Source: Camelus dromedarius
Lineage: Eukaryota
Length of the DNA: 64,000 nucleotides
Assembly (NCBI RefSeq): GCF_036321535.1
Contig: NC_087436.1
Location: forward strand, 96,040,001-96,104,000
Reading direction: 5' to 3'
Shown here: piece after piece, positions 12,479 to 25,798 of the stretch
How the letters are laid out: the number at the start of each line of letters is the position of its first letter
How positions within the stretch are numbered: position 1 is the stretch's first letter
Notes under the pieces: generated by a model
The model's database searches: none
Seen by the model: only the letters and a program-made list of their open reading frames with translations
Told to the model about the DNA's origin: nothing
Made by a program: the position numbers and the translations under genes

Positions 12479-13833
12479 TGTCCTTTCCTTTTCACCCTGC
12501 TAATGGTTTCTTACAGTTAATAGAAGTTCTTGATTTTAAGGCAGTCTGATGTACCCGTCTTTTCTTTTATGAGTAATTCTTTGTGTGTGCTAATTAAAAA
12601 AACTTTGCCTGCTTTAAAGTTACATTATTGTACTTAATCCTATAAGGTAGGTATGTGTGGTATCATGGCCCTTAGTTTTCATAGAAGAGACAACTGAAGC
12701 ACAGAGAAGTTAAACATTTGCTAAACCTATTCTGATCGTGCCTGCATCCCTGGGACCGTCTCAGAGGTGAGTCTCTCTCTGGAAGCCTGTTTGCCTATCT
12801 GTGTTTTCCTTCTACTCCTCCAGAACAAACAACCCATGGAAAGCAAACTTTCTCAAGTTCCTAGATGGTCTTGTAATGTGTCATAAAGGAGAAGAAAGCT
12901 TCTTAGATACATCTGACTGAAGTCAGGTACAAACTTGGAGTTTGTTTTGTTTTGTATTTTTGCTATTATTATTGTTATTATTTGGTTTCATTTAGTTTCA
13001 TCTCCAGGCAAAAAATAGGGTAAGGAAAAGAGAACTGCATGATTCTAGTCCCAAATGGCCCGAAAAGTGGGTCCTATTTTTAGGATTGCACATGAATAGC
13101 TACACAATCTTAAGCCTAATGAGGAACGAGTCCGTAAGATATGAATAAAAACTACCTGTTCCATGTGCTTCACCAGATTGTCATGAGGATAAAATGAGCT
13201 AATGGACAGAAGTCAACTCTAAGAGCAGTGACTCTAATGCTTCTTTATAAAAGCAACACATCTCTCCAAGAGGCAAGCCCGCAGACAGAGGGGAGAATAG
13301 AGCCATTTGCTAGCCAGAGTGTATCTTAGGAAAACTTTGTGATCCCAATAATGTCATCGTACATAAACACCTATATTTTTATCTCAGCTGTGCTACCAGG
13401 CATTTGGGAGACTGCCAGCTTTTTGCAGTTGCTCCTTTCCTCAAATGAACTACTAGGTAATTCAAGTTAAGTGACTCATTGGAGGAGGGAAGAGGCAGCT
13501 CAGAACTGTGCTAGTTCATTTTGCAGGTTTCCTGTTAATTCAGGTAAAAGGTGAGGAGTAGAGTGGTGTGTTACAGGATAATTGTCCTTTGCCAATTAGG
13601 AACAATTTCAGTTTTGAATTAGTTACGGAATGTGACAGAGCAAATAAGTTATTTCTTTTAACTTCTCACTCTGCTTCAAGTGACAACATCCTAGAATTAT
13701 TTTGTTTACTCTTTAGTTACTAAATGACAGGCTCAAAAAGTTCTGACATCAAAAGAAAGTGTAAGCTCTAATCAGGGCCAAGTTGAAAAATGGCTAATAT
13801 TTACTGAGTTCTAACTATGTGTCAGACAGTTTT

Positions 13834-13934
13834 TTTCTTTTCTTGTCTTTTTTTAAATAGCGGTCCTGGGTATTGAGCCCAGGACCTCATGCATGCTAAG
13901 CATGTGCTCTACCACTGAGCTATTCCCACCACCC
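13834..13934 (-). mobile_element. tRNA-Ala-derived SINE (Vic-1-like) inserted in a MIR
   Basis: Reverse complement reads atagctcagtggtagagcacatgcttagcatgcatgaggtcctgggctcaataccc; TSD tcagacagtttt at 13822-13833 and 13935-13946. Confidence 0.9.
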
Positions 13935-14759
13935 TCAGACAGTTTTCTAAGTGCTGTATGTGTTAACCCGTTCAATTCCCATGACAGCTCCAAGAGTGAG
14001 ATGTTATCATTTTCTCTATTCTGCAGATAAGGAAGTGAGGCATAGGAGGGGTGGGGATGCAGAATTTAACCAATGAAGTTGGATGCCAGAGGCTGCCCTT
14101 GGAATTTTATGTTATACCAACTCTCTGTAAAATACAGGATTAAATGTAAAGACTGATATTAAAAATATCAGCCTAGAGACAGCTGATTACTCATGGCTGA
14201 TAGCCTGACACAGGTAAATAAGAAGAAACCCTTTCGTCCTATAGCTGGGGAGGAAAAATGTCTTTTAGTGCCAAAGCAGAAGTGTCCAAGAGCCAATCAC
14301 TTCTGCAGAAAGGGAGGAACCAGTGCCAAATCTCATCCAATCCAGGAGCTGTTCTCTGTCTCTCTCAGATCAGGGTAGGTGTAATGACTGCTCTTGCTGC
14401 CACTCCACTACTACAATAAAATGACTGTGGGCAAAATGAGAACTGTGCAGACATTTCAGAGAGTTGTTCAAGGGAGGAAAACAATCCTACCTCGACTTAG
14501 TCAGTGATGACGCTGAAATACAGCAGAATGGAGAGAAATTCTACACAGTGACATGACAAGGTGATACAGTGTGTTACCTCTCTAAGGCAAACACACTGGT
14601 ACCTGAATAGCAATGGAACCCAAAAAGGGACCAGTAAATGATGCAGCACCAACGTGTTGAAAGGAGGATGAAGATGAGCCTTCAACCATGTCTGGTGAAA
14701 GTTTCCTTTCATTCCTTGGAATGAAAATCAGAGCTAGACACTATGCTTGTTATGATGGT

Positions 14760-15426
14760 TGTAGGTGTAGCTCTACTTGTTTCCCTCTGGAGCACTTCTC
14801 TTACCAGACTTCAGCTGCCAGAACTTGTAACTCTTTGTCTCAGCCCTAAGGGCTTTCTTGAGAATCCAGAGGTGAATTAGCCACCATCACCACCAACACC
14901 CCATCACCTGTCACCACTCCCACACACATTGCCCAGCAGGCTCCAACCAACGGCCAGTGGGAGATGGTGGGTGCATAGCCCAGTCCCCTCACCTCTCAGC
15001 AGGAGACTCAGATATGCTCTTTTTTTTTTCTGAATTGAAGTATAGTCAGTTTACAATGTTGTGTCAATTTCTGGTATATAGCATAATAGTTGTTATACAT
15101 ATACATACATACACTCATTTTCATATTCTTTTTCAGTATAGCTTACTACAAGATATTAAATATAGTTTCCTGTGCTATACAGTATAAACTTGTTGTTTAT
15201 CTATTTTATATATTAGTATCTGCAAATCTCGAATTCCCAAACTATCTCCCAGAGTCCCCCATAAGACTGAGCTCCAATAACACACAGAAGAAACATGCTT
15301 TGAAACACCATTTATTGGCTTCCTGTCTTCCTTCCCCATTCTCTTATTAGTATTTCTTGGGATGAGTTCCCAATTGAACCACTTGTTTCAGAGTCTGTGT
15401 TTGGTTTGGAAACCCAAACCAAAATA
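14760..15426 (+). mobile_element. ERVL LTR16-like solo LTR interrupted by an L1 fragment
   Basis: Motifs ccagagtccccc...gactgagctcca, tttattggcttcc and terminal cagagtctgtgttt...ggaaacccaaaccaaaata. Confidence 0.55.
15020..15245 (-). mobile_element. Young L1 3' end
   Basis: Poly(T) then aattgaagtatagtcagtttacaatgttgtgtcaatttctggtatatagcata. Confidence 0.85.
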
Positions 15427-16200
15427 TTATGTTAACATATACTTAAATTAGGGCTTAGTAAACTGCATGTAATTTTTATTCCATAGTATGTGTCTAGTCC
15501 TAATGAAGCAGCTCAGGCATCATTCTTGCTGGTCAATACCTGACCTGGGTGGTCCTGACAAACGTCCTACGGCTTCTCATGCTCAGGTTTGGGCAAGTCA
15601 GTTGATGAACTAGCGTCTTCTGAGTATAGACTAATCTGCCTGTGTTGTCTCTGCTGGACAACTGACCAAGTGTTTCATAGCTCTAAGTTAACTTTTCCCA
15701 ATTTTCAAGAAACGTTGCTAGAATTATTTAATCTATTCAACTATCAGCTCCAGCATAGCAAGAATCTTCTCCGTCATGCCCAGGGCTATGATAGCCCATA
15801 GTTCCTAGAAAAATGTCCAGTGTGTAGAAGATACTAATAATTAGTGGATAAATTTTTTAAAAAAGAGTAAATAATGTTAAATGCTGCATGAGCACCTCAT
15901 TTGATATAAATTATTAAGTTGAGCTTCTTTTTAAAAATGGATGTTTGTCAAAGACAATGTATATCATTAGACTAGATAATAAGCATGAACGATATTAGCA
16001 AGGTAATTGGCAATTACTGTTGTTGGAACTAAGAGTTATGAGCATGTTCTAATTATCATATACTTGTGCATTCTTTTGGAAGACAGCATGGGTTTTAATG
16101 TATGACAGACTTGGGTTCATGCAATTTACTGGCTACATACTTTGGGTAAATTACCTGACATTTTTGAGGCCAAATTTTCTCATCTGCAGATTGGTAAATG

Positions 16201-16392
16201 CTGTATTTCATTGAATCAAAGATGTCATTAGTTATAAGATGTATCATTATTTTATGCACTGTTAAGAATGAAAAAAAAAGCCAGTTAAGCTGTAATAATA
16301 TGCTTTCGAATCATGTGAGTTTTAAGATGCATTCTGAACTCAGAGATATTAATATGTGAACAAAGATGCATTTTAGAGTCGATACGATATGG
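16201..16392. mobile_element. MER104-like Tc2/mariner MITE inserted in a MIR
   Basis: Imperfect terminal inverted repeats ctgtatttcattgaatcaaagatg ... cattttagagtcgatacgatatgg; MIR sequence on both sides. Confidence 0.65.
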
Positions 16393-16899
16393 AGCAATAA
16401 CTACCTTAAGAAGTTATTCTTATGTGGATCAAAATGGATATTTTATAATGTAATAATATGTGGTAAATATATATTACATTTAAAATACGTAAAGCACATA
16501 TCGAAAGTAACAAATAAATATTAATTATTTCTTCCTCTCTTTGGATCAACTCCTTAGTTAAAAATTTAGCTGTTTGATAAACACCAATTTCATTCTATTA
16601 TATTCAACCAGATAGAGGAAAGGAAGTGTACAAATACCAAGAAAGTTTATTTTTTACAAAAACAAGAGCTGCACAAACAATTGAACCTTGATATGTTAGA
16701 TAATTGATGAGGCAAAATACGGGAGAAAAGAGCATTCAACTCTGAAGTGAGAATCATGACTAATAAATTCAGAGAACAGTCCATGAGGATTAGAAAATAA
16801 CTGTGCTTAACTGATAAGATGCTAAAAAATCAGCAAACCGTTAAATAGAAAGAAATATTTTATAGTTGAGGCTGCTGCAAATTTCGCAGGGTTCTGAGC

Positions 16900-18920
16900 C
16901 AACCTTTTGGAGCAGTAATGTCACAAAGAAAAGAAGACAATGTTAGAAGCATTCACTTTAAAATCAGGATTAAAGTAAAGATGCCACTATTACCACTGTT
17001 AGTCTGTTCAAAATTGTACTAAAGGTTGTATCCAGAACAATAAGATAAAAAATTAAAAAACTATAAGGATTGGAAAGGAAAAAATAAAAGGATAATTATT
17101 TTCAGGTAAGATGATCTTCTGCATGCAAACAAATAAAAAGCACAAAAAAACTCATGAGGAATAATATAAAAACCAGTTATATTTCTATACACTAGCAACA
17201 GTTAAAAAAAAACTTTAAAAAAAAAGGTTTGCAATAGCCGCAGAAAGAAACTTAAGGTAACTATGAAAAAATCTAACAAAGTTGGGCAAAACCTTTAGAA
17301 AGAAAATTATAATAAACATTTACTGAAAAACATAAAAGCCTAGATAAACATAGAGAAATAGCATGGTAATGGCAAGGGAGACAGAATGTGGTAAAGATGT
17401 CAAAATTTCCCCAATTTTGATCTATGGGGCACTCCAATTTCAATCTAAATTCAAGTAGGCTTTTCATGAACCTTGATAACCTAATCCTAAAATTTTAAAG
17501 AAAAAAAAAATTGCCAGGAATAGTAGGATCCTCCTGAAGAAGAACAAATTGTTGATACTTGCTGTCATAAATATTAAAACTCACTACAAAACCACAGCTA
17601 TAAGAGTGTATAATGCTGGCATGGGGGTTGACGAAGAGATCAGTGGAACAGAATAGAAAGCTCAGGTACAGATAAAACAGACGGAAACTTAATATATGAT
17701 AGTTGTTGCAAGTCAGATCAGTGGGCAAAGGACAGTGTGTTCCATAAATGGTGCCAGGATATGGTGTTTTTCCACATGGGAAAAAGTGAAAGTTGGATCC
17801 CTGTTTCATGTCAGATGTAAAAATCAATTCCTGATATATTAAGGACCAAAATGTGGAAAGCAAAACTTTAAAAATATCAGAAAAGAATGTAAGTATCCTA
17901 ATGATCTGGAATATGGAAAGAGGTCATAAATAAGATATAAAAAAGCACACATGTACACCAAAAACACAAGAAAAAAAATTATGAATTGATTGTAGTAAAG
18001 AAAAAGTAAAAAGAAGGTTAGAAACTGGAAGATTTGAAACCCACGTATACCTGACAAAGGATTAACATTCATATTAATAGTAATAATAATAATAATATAT
18101 TCTGAATGAATAAAAAAGACAAAATCTTGGTATAAAAATGAACAAGAGACATGAAGAGGCTTTTCAGAAGAGGAAACACAAATGGCCAATAAACATATGA
18201 AAAGATATTTAACCTCCATATTAATCAAGGAAATGCAAATTAAAACCACGCACAAAGATTGAATACACCAATGGCCCCAAGTTTTCAGAATCCACATGCT
18301 TTGGCACTGCACTCCCTCACTGCCTCTGGTCTCGATCATGTCCAACCTGACAATAGCAAACTTATCATAAGCAGAGCTTACACAAGCACTTGTGTGTTTC
18401 TGCTCTTTCTCTTGCTCTTTTGTCTTAAGCATCAGGACAGGCCTAGACTTCCCTATTGGAGGATGAGAGACCCATGGAACAGAGCTGCATTGTGAGGCCG
18501 TCCTAGACCAACCAACTCACTGATGACCTGACAGCTGTCTGCAAGCCATGAGCAAGCCCAAGTGAGATCAACAGAGCCTGGCCGAGATCAGCAGAATTAT
18601 CTAGTCTACCCTTGACTAGTGAGAAATAATAAATGGGTGTTGTTTTAAGATACTAAATTTTGGGGTAGTTCGTATGTGGCAATGACTAGCTGATACTGGT
18701 GCCATTTTACAGCCATCGGACTGGCAAAATTGAGAAGTCTGACAATGTCAAGAGTTAGAGTGTAAAGCAATGGGAACTCCTAACGCACTTGTGGTAGAAA
18801 CTAGTATAACCACTTTAGAAGATAATTTACCATTATCTTATAAAGATGAAAACACTTCAGGCCCAGCAGTTAACATTTCTGTTGTATATGTGTTTGCATG
18901 TGCACCTTAGAAAAATGCAT
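16900..18920 (+). mobile_element. Old L1M ORF2/3' remnant, interrupted by an MLT1 LTR
   Basis: A-rich, with L1 ORF2 motifs (gatgccactattaccact, aaggattggaaaggaaaaaataaaa, atcagtggaacagaatagaaagc, caaatggccaataaacatatgaaaagat); heavily degraded. Confidence 0.8.
18262..18696 (+). mobile_element. MLT1-family LTR
   Basis: Ends ataataaatgggtgttgttttaagatactaaatttggggtagttcgtatgtggcaatgactagctgatac, the MLT1 3' terminus. Confidence 0.75.
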
Positions 18921-20089
18921 GTTCTGTATGATTAAAATTATATAGTCCTGGCCCATAGGAGATTACTTTCTGGGGGAACCAACAGTGGATTTCAACAGAA
19001 CGTGCCAAATATAAGGGAGCTGTTGGATTATAGAGGAAAGAAGTATTTGATGAAGTATCTGTGTGGGAGGAGGTGTGAGAGAAGGGTGGAGGCTCGAAGG
19101 GGTAAGGAAGTATGTGAGTGATATTTTGCTCACTGGATAGGCAGAAGAGGTACAGATTGTGGTTGTGGGTGGCGGTCATGATTAGATGCTAATGAAATGC
19201 TGGAATCTTTTGTAGACCATCCTGCCATGCCTTTTAATGTCAACTAAAAGACACTAATAAAAACGTCCATTTTTACATATTTGTGATTTGATTCTACTCC
19301 TATTATTAGCACTATGCAGTAGGCATTGTGTTTATTTTGAAGATTGTTGACACATTTTCTCTGAAATCCAACAGTTTCTCAAAAAAAAAAAAGTATTGGA
19401 AGTATAGATTATTTAGTGTATTTAGTCTAAGAGATAATAGATTATCTCTTAAATTCTTCCCTAATTTACAAGTCATTTTCATAAAGAAAGTATTAAATAT
19501 CTGTTGTGTTTTAATTTAAGTATAAGTCATTGAGGTGAAACATAATGCAATTAAAGAATTACAATTTTATATATGCCAAATTTATTAAAATATACTTGAA
19601 TAGGAATTTATTTGAAAAGTTAAATATTTAAGAGGAAAACAGGATTTCTTAAGAAACAAACCGTGTGTTGATTTTCATTTGAAATCTAAATTTAGTAATA
19701 TTTAAAATATCAATAACATTCATATAGTATTGATGTTATGCTATTGATGTTAGTATCATTTATATTGATTATATTCATGTGAAGAAATGTGGTATTTCTT
19801 GTAAAATATTCACATAATTTCTCATTTTAATTACTAGATTTGATATTTTGAATTAATTGTGCATTGAATATCAAATGATGCAATTAATAAATTGACATAA
19901 TAGTGTTGCCTTAAAGAAACTGCATCATATTGGGAATTAGAAGGAAAGAGATGGATAGTTTTTAGTTATATATAGACTTTTAAATACAGATTTTAATTCA
20001 CAGTATTTGAAGCATATTTGATTAGCCTGAATAAAATTATTTATTATGTAGAGGGAGCTACCTATTTTTAGTGAATGTAAGATAGTAAA

Positions 20090-20790
20090 AAATGAAGAAA
20101 ACAAAACAAAACAACAAAAGAAAAATATATATTCTAGAGATATGTGTAAGAATGTTCATAGCAACATTGTAAGAGCAAAAAATGCAAACAAGTGTCTGAC
20201 ATCATGAAGAACAAATGATTTGTAGTAATTACATAAAATGGAGCAGTGAAGATGAGTAAACTAAAGCAAAATGTATCAACATGGGGGGAGGGTATAGCTC
20301 TGGTAGAGCGCATGCTTAGCATGCACAAAGTCCTGGATTCAATCCTCAGTACCTTCGTTAAAAAAAAAGAATCAAACTCGATTACTTTCTCATATCATAT
20401 ATCATAATTGAGGACTGAAAATGGATTAAAGACTTAATTGTAAGACTTGAAACCATAAAACTTCTAGAAGGAAAAAAAGTATCAATATGGATTAATCTTA
20501 TAAACATAAGATTGAATGAAAAAAGCAAATGGCAGAAGAATACAAGCAATAGGATACTGTTTTATATAAAATTCAAAGAGCTACAAAACTATATTGTTTA
20601 GAGATACATACAAATGTAGTAAAATTATAACAAAGTATTGCAAAATCCAGCATGGCGAATTCATTGGGGAAGGTAGAAAGACTTCAACAGTTTTGATAAT
20701 ACTCTATTTCTTAAGTTGGGTTGGTAGGTATACATATAACCATTTTATTATTCTTTATATCTAGTATGCTATACGTTCATTCAAAAGAAT
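20090..20790 (+). mobile_element. Old L1ME-type 3' end hosting a SINE insertion
   Basis: aagaatgttcatagcaacattg and atggattaatcttataaacataagattgaatgaaaaaagc motifs. Confidence 0.65.
20285..20473 (+). mobile_element. Vic-1-like SINE head followed by about 100 bp of L1 ORF2-like sequence, within one TSD
   Basis: Head ggggagggtatagctctggtagagcgcatgcttagcatgcac, A-run, then atggattaaagacttaattgtaagacttgaaaccataaaacttctagaag; TSD aaaa(t/a)gtatcaa(c/t)atgg at 20268-20284 and 20474-20490. Confidence 0.8.
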
Positions 20791-21389
20791 TTATCTATCT
20801 ATCGATCTACCTACCTACCTACCTGTCTATCTAACTAAGGAACCACTCTTTCAAAACATAAAAAGTAAAGAGAGAGAGTTGGAAGCATGCCTCTATTTCT
20901 ATGTCCATATCGTTGTGGTCATGTGTAGAGAGCAGAGCCGAGGGTATCTTGCAAATGCTGTACTTCTTTGTTGTCCTCACTGGGGAGAATGATGGGTATA
21001 TGCTTTGTTTCCTGCAGTTTTTTTTTTTTTTCCAAAATCAACAGTTTCCAAAATATTTCATTTTGTTGTTTAAAGCACATGCCGTTTCACTGTGACCCCA
21101 GATAACATTTTCTGAGCACATGAGCAGCGTGCTGCTTCCTGCACAAACACTGATGTGGAAAAGCAGATGATCATTAACTACCTGGAAGGATGAATATAAA
21201 GAGACAATGGAGATCAAACACAGGAGAGCTACAGTTCTCTCAAGTGTCCATATTATTCCCTGATGTAGGAGAATGTAGGAGAGCCTTTTCAGAGGCTAGG
21301 GTTGCTTTTTAACTTGTAGTCAGCCGACTGATATCCACCAAAAAACCTTGAACTATGCCGGATGATTAGGGCAGAAAAACATACAAGTA

Positions 21390-22095
21390 CAAACCCAAGA
21401 GAAGTGAAAATATATATCCACATGAAACATATACTAGAATGTTTATAGCAGCATTATTCATAATAACTGAAAAAAGGAAACAACACAAATGTCTGTCATC
21501 TGAAGAATGCCCAAATGTGGTATATTGATACAATAGAATATTATTGCCATAAAAAGCAGTGAAATATTGATACATGCTACAACATGGATGAGTCTTGAAA
21601 ACATTATACAACATGAAAGAAGCCAGACATATATTGTATGATTCCATTAATGCGAAATGGAAGTTCAGAAGAGGTAAATCAATACAAACAGACGGTAGAT
21701 CATGGTTATCAGAGGCTGGGGCCAGCAAAGCAGGTGGTAGGAATGGCTCCTAGTGGGTGTGAGGTTTCTTTTAGAGATGATGAAAATATTCTGGAATTAG
21801 ATAGTGGTGATGGCTGCACAATGCTGTGAATATGTTAAAAACTGCTGAATTTTATGCTTCAAAATATAAATTTTATGGTATGATAATACATTTGTGAATT
21901 ATGAGTTTAAAAAAGCAAATCCATTTTGTTAGGCATGATAGTGGTTACTGGTGACAGTGGAGGCAAGTGATAGAAGAGAGCGTGAGAGGACTCTGGGGTG
22001 CTGGTCATGTTCTGTTTCCTGATCTGGGCACTGGTTACACTGGTCACTTTGAGTTAGAACTGTGCCCATAAGTAAACCATTTTTGGATATTTATT
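21390..22095 (+). mobile_element. Old L1M 3' UTR remnant(s)
   Basis: gaatgtttatagcagcattattcataata, tgatacatgctacaacatggatgagtcttgaaaacatta, ctggaattagatagtggtgatggctgcacaa. Confidence 0.8.
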
Positions 22096-22525
22096 TTTAT
22101 GGGTTGAATTGTGTTTATCAAAAAGATATGCTCAATCCCTGCTACCTCAGAGCGTGATCTTATTTGGAAACAGAGTCATTGTACATGTAATTAGTCGAGA
22201 TGAAGCTATGCTTGAGTACAGTGTGACCAATATGAGTGGTGTCCCAGAGGAAGAGGACAAGAGGAAGAGGCACGATGTAGCCACAGAGATGCAGAGATGG
22301 AGGCAGAGAGTAATGCTGTCACAAACCCAGGAAAGTCTGGGACTACCAGAAGCTGCAAGAGGTAAGGAAGGATCCTCCCCTAGAGGCTTAGAATGAAGCA
22401 TGGCCCTGCCAACACCTTGATTTCAGACTTCTAGCCTCCAGACTGTGAGAGAATAAATTTTTGTTATCGTAAGACATAGAGTTTGTGGTACTTTGTTATT
22501 ACAGAAGCCCTAGCAACCAGAAACA
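22096..22525 (+). mobile_element. MLT1B/C-like LTR
   Basis: ttatgggttgaattgtgt...cttatttggaaacagagtc...ccaacaccttgatttcagacttctagcctccagactgtgagagaataaattt. Confidence 0.85.
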
Positions 22526-22763
22526 CTTATTATGAATAAAATCTTTGAATTAAAGAAAGAGAAGAACATATAATCACCAGTAGAATGGACAGGCCACCAG
22601 ACAGAGGCGCGTGATTGCTTTGTTCTCACCTTAGTGCTGTGCGTCTTGGGCATGTCTTCCCACTTCTCTGAACCTCACTTCCCATATCTGAGAAAAGAGA
22701 CTGCAGAAAAAAGGTGTATCTAAAATTCATTCTCATTCTAATTTGGTGAAATATGTTGTTATA

Positions 22764-23095
22764 CAGCCACCCCTTTGTGTCCTTGGGTTCTACATCCATG
22801 GATTCAACCAACCGTGGATTGAAAATATTTGAAAAAAAATTTCTGGAAATTTCCAAAAAGCAAAACCTGAATTTGTCACATGCCCAGCAACCATATAACA
22901 CTTACAGTGTATTTACAACTATTCACATAGATTTACATTGTGTTAGATATTATAAGTAATCTAGAGATGATCGGGAGGATCTGTGTAGGTTGTATGCAAA
23001 TACTATGCCGTTCTATGTAAGGGACTTGAGCATCCTTGAGTTTGGTATCCGTGGGGTCTGGGAAACAATCCCCTACGGATATCGAGGTATGGCTG
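22764..23095. mobile_element. MER2-like Tigger-family MITE
   Basis: Preceded by TA; inverted ends cagccaccc...tcc / ggatatcgaggtatggctg; internal ggattcaaccaaccgtggattgaaaatattt and taagtaatctagagatgat. Confidence 0.85.
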
Positions 23096-23499
23096 TGTAA
23101 AGAGCCACATAATTTGGTTGTTTAAAGCAGAATTCATGGGGTAGTAGTAAGACAATGCTAATTACTGACGTTTCATAGTCCTCCATGTGGATGTCTTTAA
23201 GGTGGTTAAATTGAGCTCTGATATCTATTACAAAGAAAGGAGGCTGCAGGCCGTGGCCTTATTTTCTCAGATTGGAGTGAGCGTGGTAATTCTCTGTGAA
23301 GGAGAAGAGCCTTTGGCTCTAGAGACAGCTCTATTCCTGCATTTATCTCTTCCGTGGCTGCATCTGTTTCCCACTGCAGCCTGGTCCTTACTGGAATTGC
23401 TTCCATCGCTCATGTATCTCTTTGACTAGGGGAACAGACTGGCTGTTCAGTGCCAGCCTAGAGGAGGAGAACGAGGGAGCAACTCCCATGGAATGAAGA

Positions 23500-23668
23500 G
23501 AACTCCTGACTTGGGGTTGGATACCTGGGTTCAAATCCCACGTCTCCCACCTTGTAGCTGTGAGACCCGGAGCAAGTGTTGTACTCTCTGAGCCTCAGTT
23601 TCCTCATCCACAATGGAAGTGAAAACCTGTTCCTCACAGGGTAGTTGTGAAGATTAAATTCATTCACA
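23500..23668 (+). mobile_element. MIR SINE, followed by an antisense L2 end (about 23665-23950)
   Basis: cctgggttcaaatccc...ctctctgagcctcagtttcctcatc...gttgtgaagattaaat. Confidence 0.85.
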
Positions 23669-24621
23669 CATTTGTTAAATATTTATGGAGCACCAACTAT
23701 ATCTATCTATATCTCCCATGTATGTATATATCATCTATCCGTCTACCTACCTACCTATCTACTTGGCACTGCAGATACAGCAACATGAAGAAGACAACCT
23801 GAGCCGTGATTTCCAATCTCAGGGAGTTTCTAGGGTAGAGGAGAAGATAGATAGCGAATAACAAGTTAGGAGTGCAATGAATACTGACTTCTAACTTGTT
23901 AGGGATTTGGAAAATGAGCAGAAGCCACATTGTGGAAGACAAAAGGGTAGGAGGCAGGAAGAGCATTCACAACGGGAGCATGTAAGATGATTCTGAGCTC
24001 TTTGCTGATGTTGGCTGAATCAACAGCGAAGCAGTTGGTGATGGGACTGAAATATGTGTGAATTTGGTAAGATCATAGCTCAGAGGCAACTTTTTCCTGA
24101 AAATGTATAATTTGGTAAGTTTCCTCCCAAACATGAACCAAAGTTTCATTTAACTTTTTTCAGATGTGAACTAAGAACCATAAAGTGAACTGATTTTTAT
24201 GCTTCCTTTTCCAGAACACTTAGCAACCCTCTGGGGTAATTTGTCTTTCAGATCTCTCTGGTGCTCTGAATCATCTCATATTTTGATTACTTCTCCAGCT
24301 ACTTCTGAAAATCTGAATAACACAATTGTTCTTTGTCAAACATAGTTTCTTAAGTGTCTGTAGCTCCTTTGTGGTGATTAAAATCACACAACTTCTGTAA
24401 AGGTACAAGTTGTCTAGGTTGTTGAATACCATGTTTATACTGTCATTTATCAAAGCCTATTATTAAACTCAGTAAGGGGCAATGGAGGGGAGCTATAGCT
24501 TAAACATTAAAGTTTCAATCACCAGTAATAAGAGAAAATGTGGATTTTGCACTTAAACCAAAGATTTTAAAAATATTACTTGAAAACACCAGAGACAATA
24601 TCAATATAGTCTGCTTTCCCC

Positions 24622-24818
24622 CATTGTACTGTCCAATATGGTCACTACTAGCCACATGCATCTATTTAAATTTGATTTAAATTAATTAAAACAAGATAAA
24701 ATTTAACATTCAGTTCCTCACGCTCACTAGCCATGTTTCAAGTGTTTAATAGCCACATATGCTATTGCAGATATGGAATAGTTTTGTCATCAACAAAAGT
24801 TCCTTTGGACAGCACTGC
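24622..24818. mobile_element. MER3/MER33-like hAT-Charlie MITE
   Basis: Inverted ends cattgtactgtccaat ... ttggacagcactg; internal ctagccacatg. Confidence 0.8.
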
Positions 24819-25269
24819 CTTAGAAGGTCTATTCAGTAAAAAGAACTATGAAGCATCCTTGCACAAGCCTGGATAAAATGAGGCTTTATTTATTCTTAGA
24901 AGAACATTAAAAATCTTTACAGTCACTTCTGGAAATGCATCCTTTAAAAGGTAGATCTGCTGCTAATGGTTAATGAACCAAATTGTTTCTCATGGCATTA
25001 TTACAAAAATTAATGTAGAGGTCCATAGTAAGAGAACAGTGAATGGTTTACAGTCACTAAAATCATATTTGTAGAGACCATACAATGACACGAGAAAAAT
25101 GCTAATGATACTAGTTAAAAAAAAACAACCACCAATACCATATGACACCAAAATATACTCAGCATTGTAATTTCTTAGCAATTAGCTTATGTTGGTTTTT
25201 CAATTTTTCCACATTTTTTTCAATGAGCATGAACTATTTAGTTGCTAGAGAAAAAAAATTAAGTACAAA

Positions 25270-25545
25270 TGTTTGAGGTTTGGGGCCAACATGCCATAAA
25301 GAATTGATTCCTGCCAAAACCCACAGGAGCTTGAAATGGGATCTTTCCCCACTTGAGCCTTCAGATGAGACCTCATTCTCAATTTGTCAACTATTTGATT
25401 GTAGCCTCATGAGAGACCCTGAAGCGGATCCAATTAATTCATATCTGGATTCCAGACCCTCAGAAACAATGAGATAATAAATGTGTGCTGTTTTAAGGCA
25501 CTAAGCTTGTGATGATTTTGTTGCAGAGCAATAGGTATCTAATAC
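25270..25545 (+). mobile_element. MLT1 LTR, 3' part
   Basis: gagccttcagatgagacc...cagaaacaatgagataataaatgtgtgctgttttaaggcactaag...ctaataca. Confidence 0.75.
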
Positions 25546-25634
25546 ACTTGCCCAAGGACCTCACTGGGAATGATCCTGATCCATAAAATGGTTTCTCATA
25601 ATGTTGACTCTCAAACGTGTAGCTTGAAGTGTAG

Positions 25635-25798
25635 ATGCTTGTTATTCAAAGTGTGGCTCATGGCCACACTGTCAATCTCTGAGATTGTTAGTAATGCAAA
25701 AACCCAGGCTCCATCTGAGACCTACTAAATAAGAATCAGCATTTTGACAAGATCCTCAATTGTTTTATATACTCATATTAAAGTATGAGAAATGTTGG
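25635..25798. mobile_element. MER5-like hAT-Charlie MITE
   Basis: ttcaaagtgtgg...tgttagtaatgcaaaa...gacctactaaataagaatcagcattttgacaagatcc...aaagtatgagaa. Confidence 0.7.

Noticed and set aside
17495..18432. ORFs of 122 and 197 aa on the - strand
   Set aside because: These are antisense translations of decayed L1 and MLT1 sequence.
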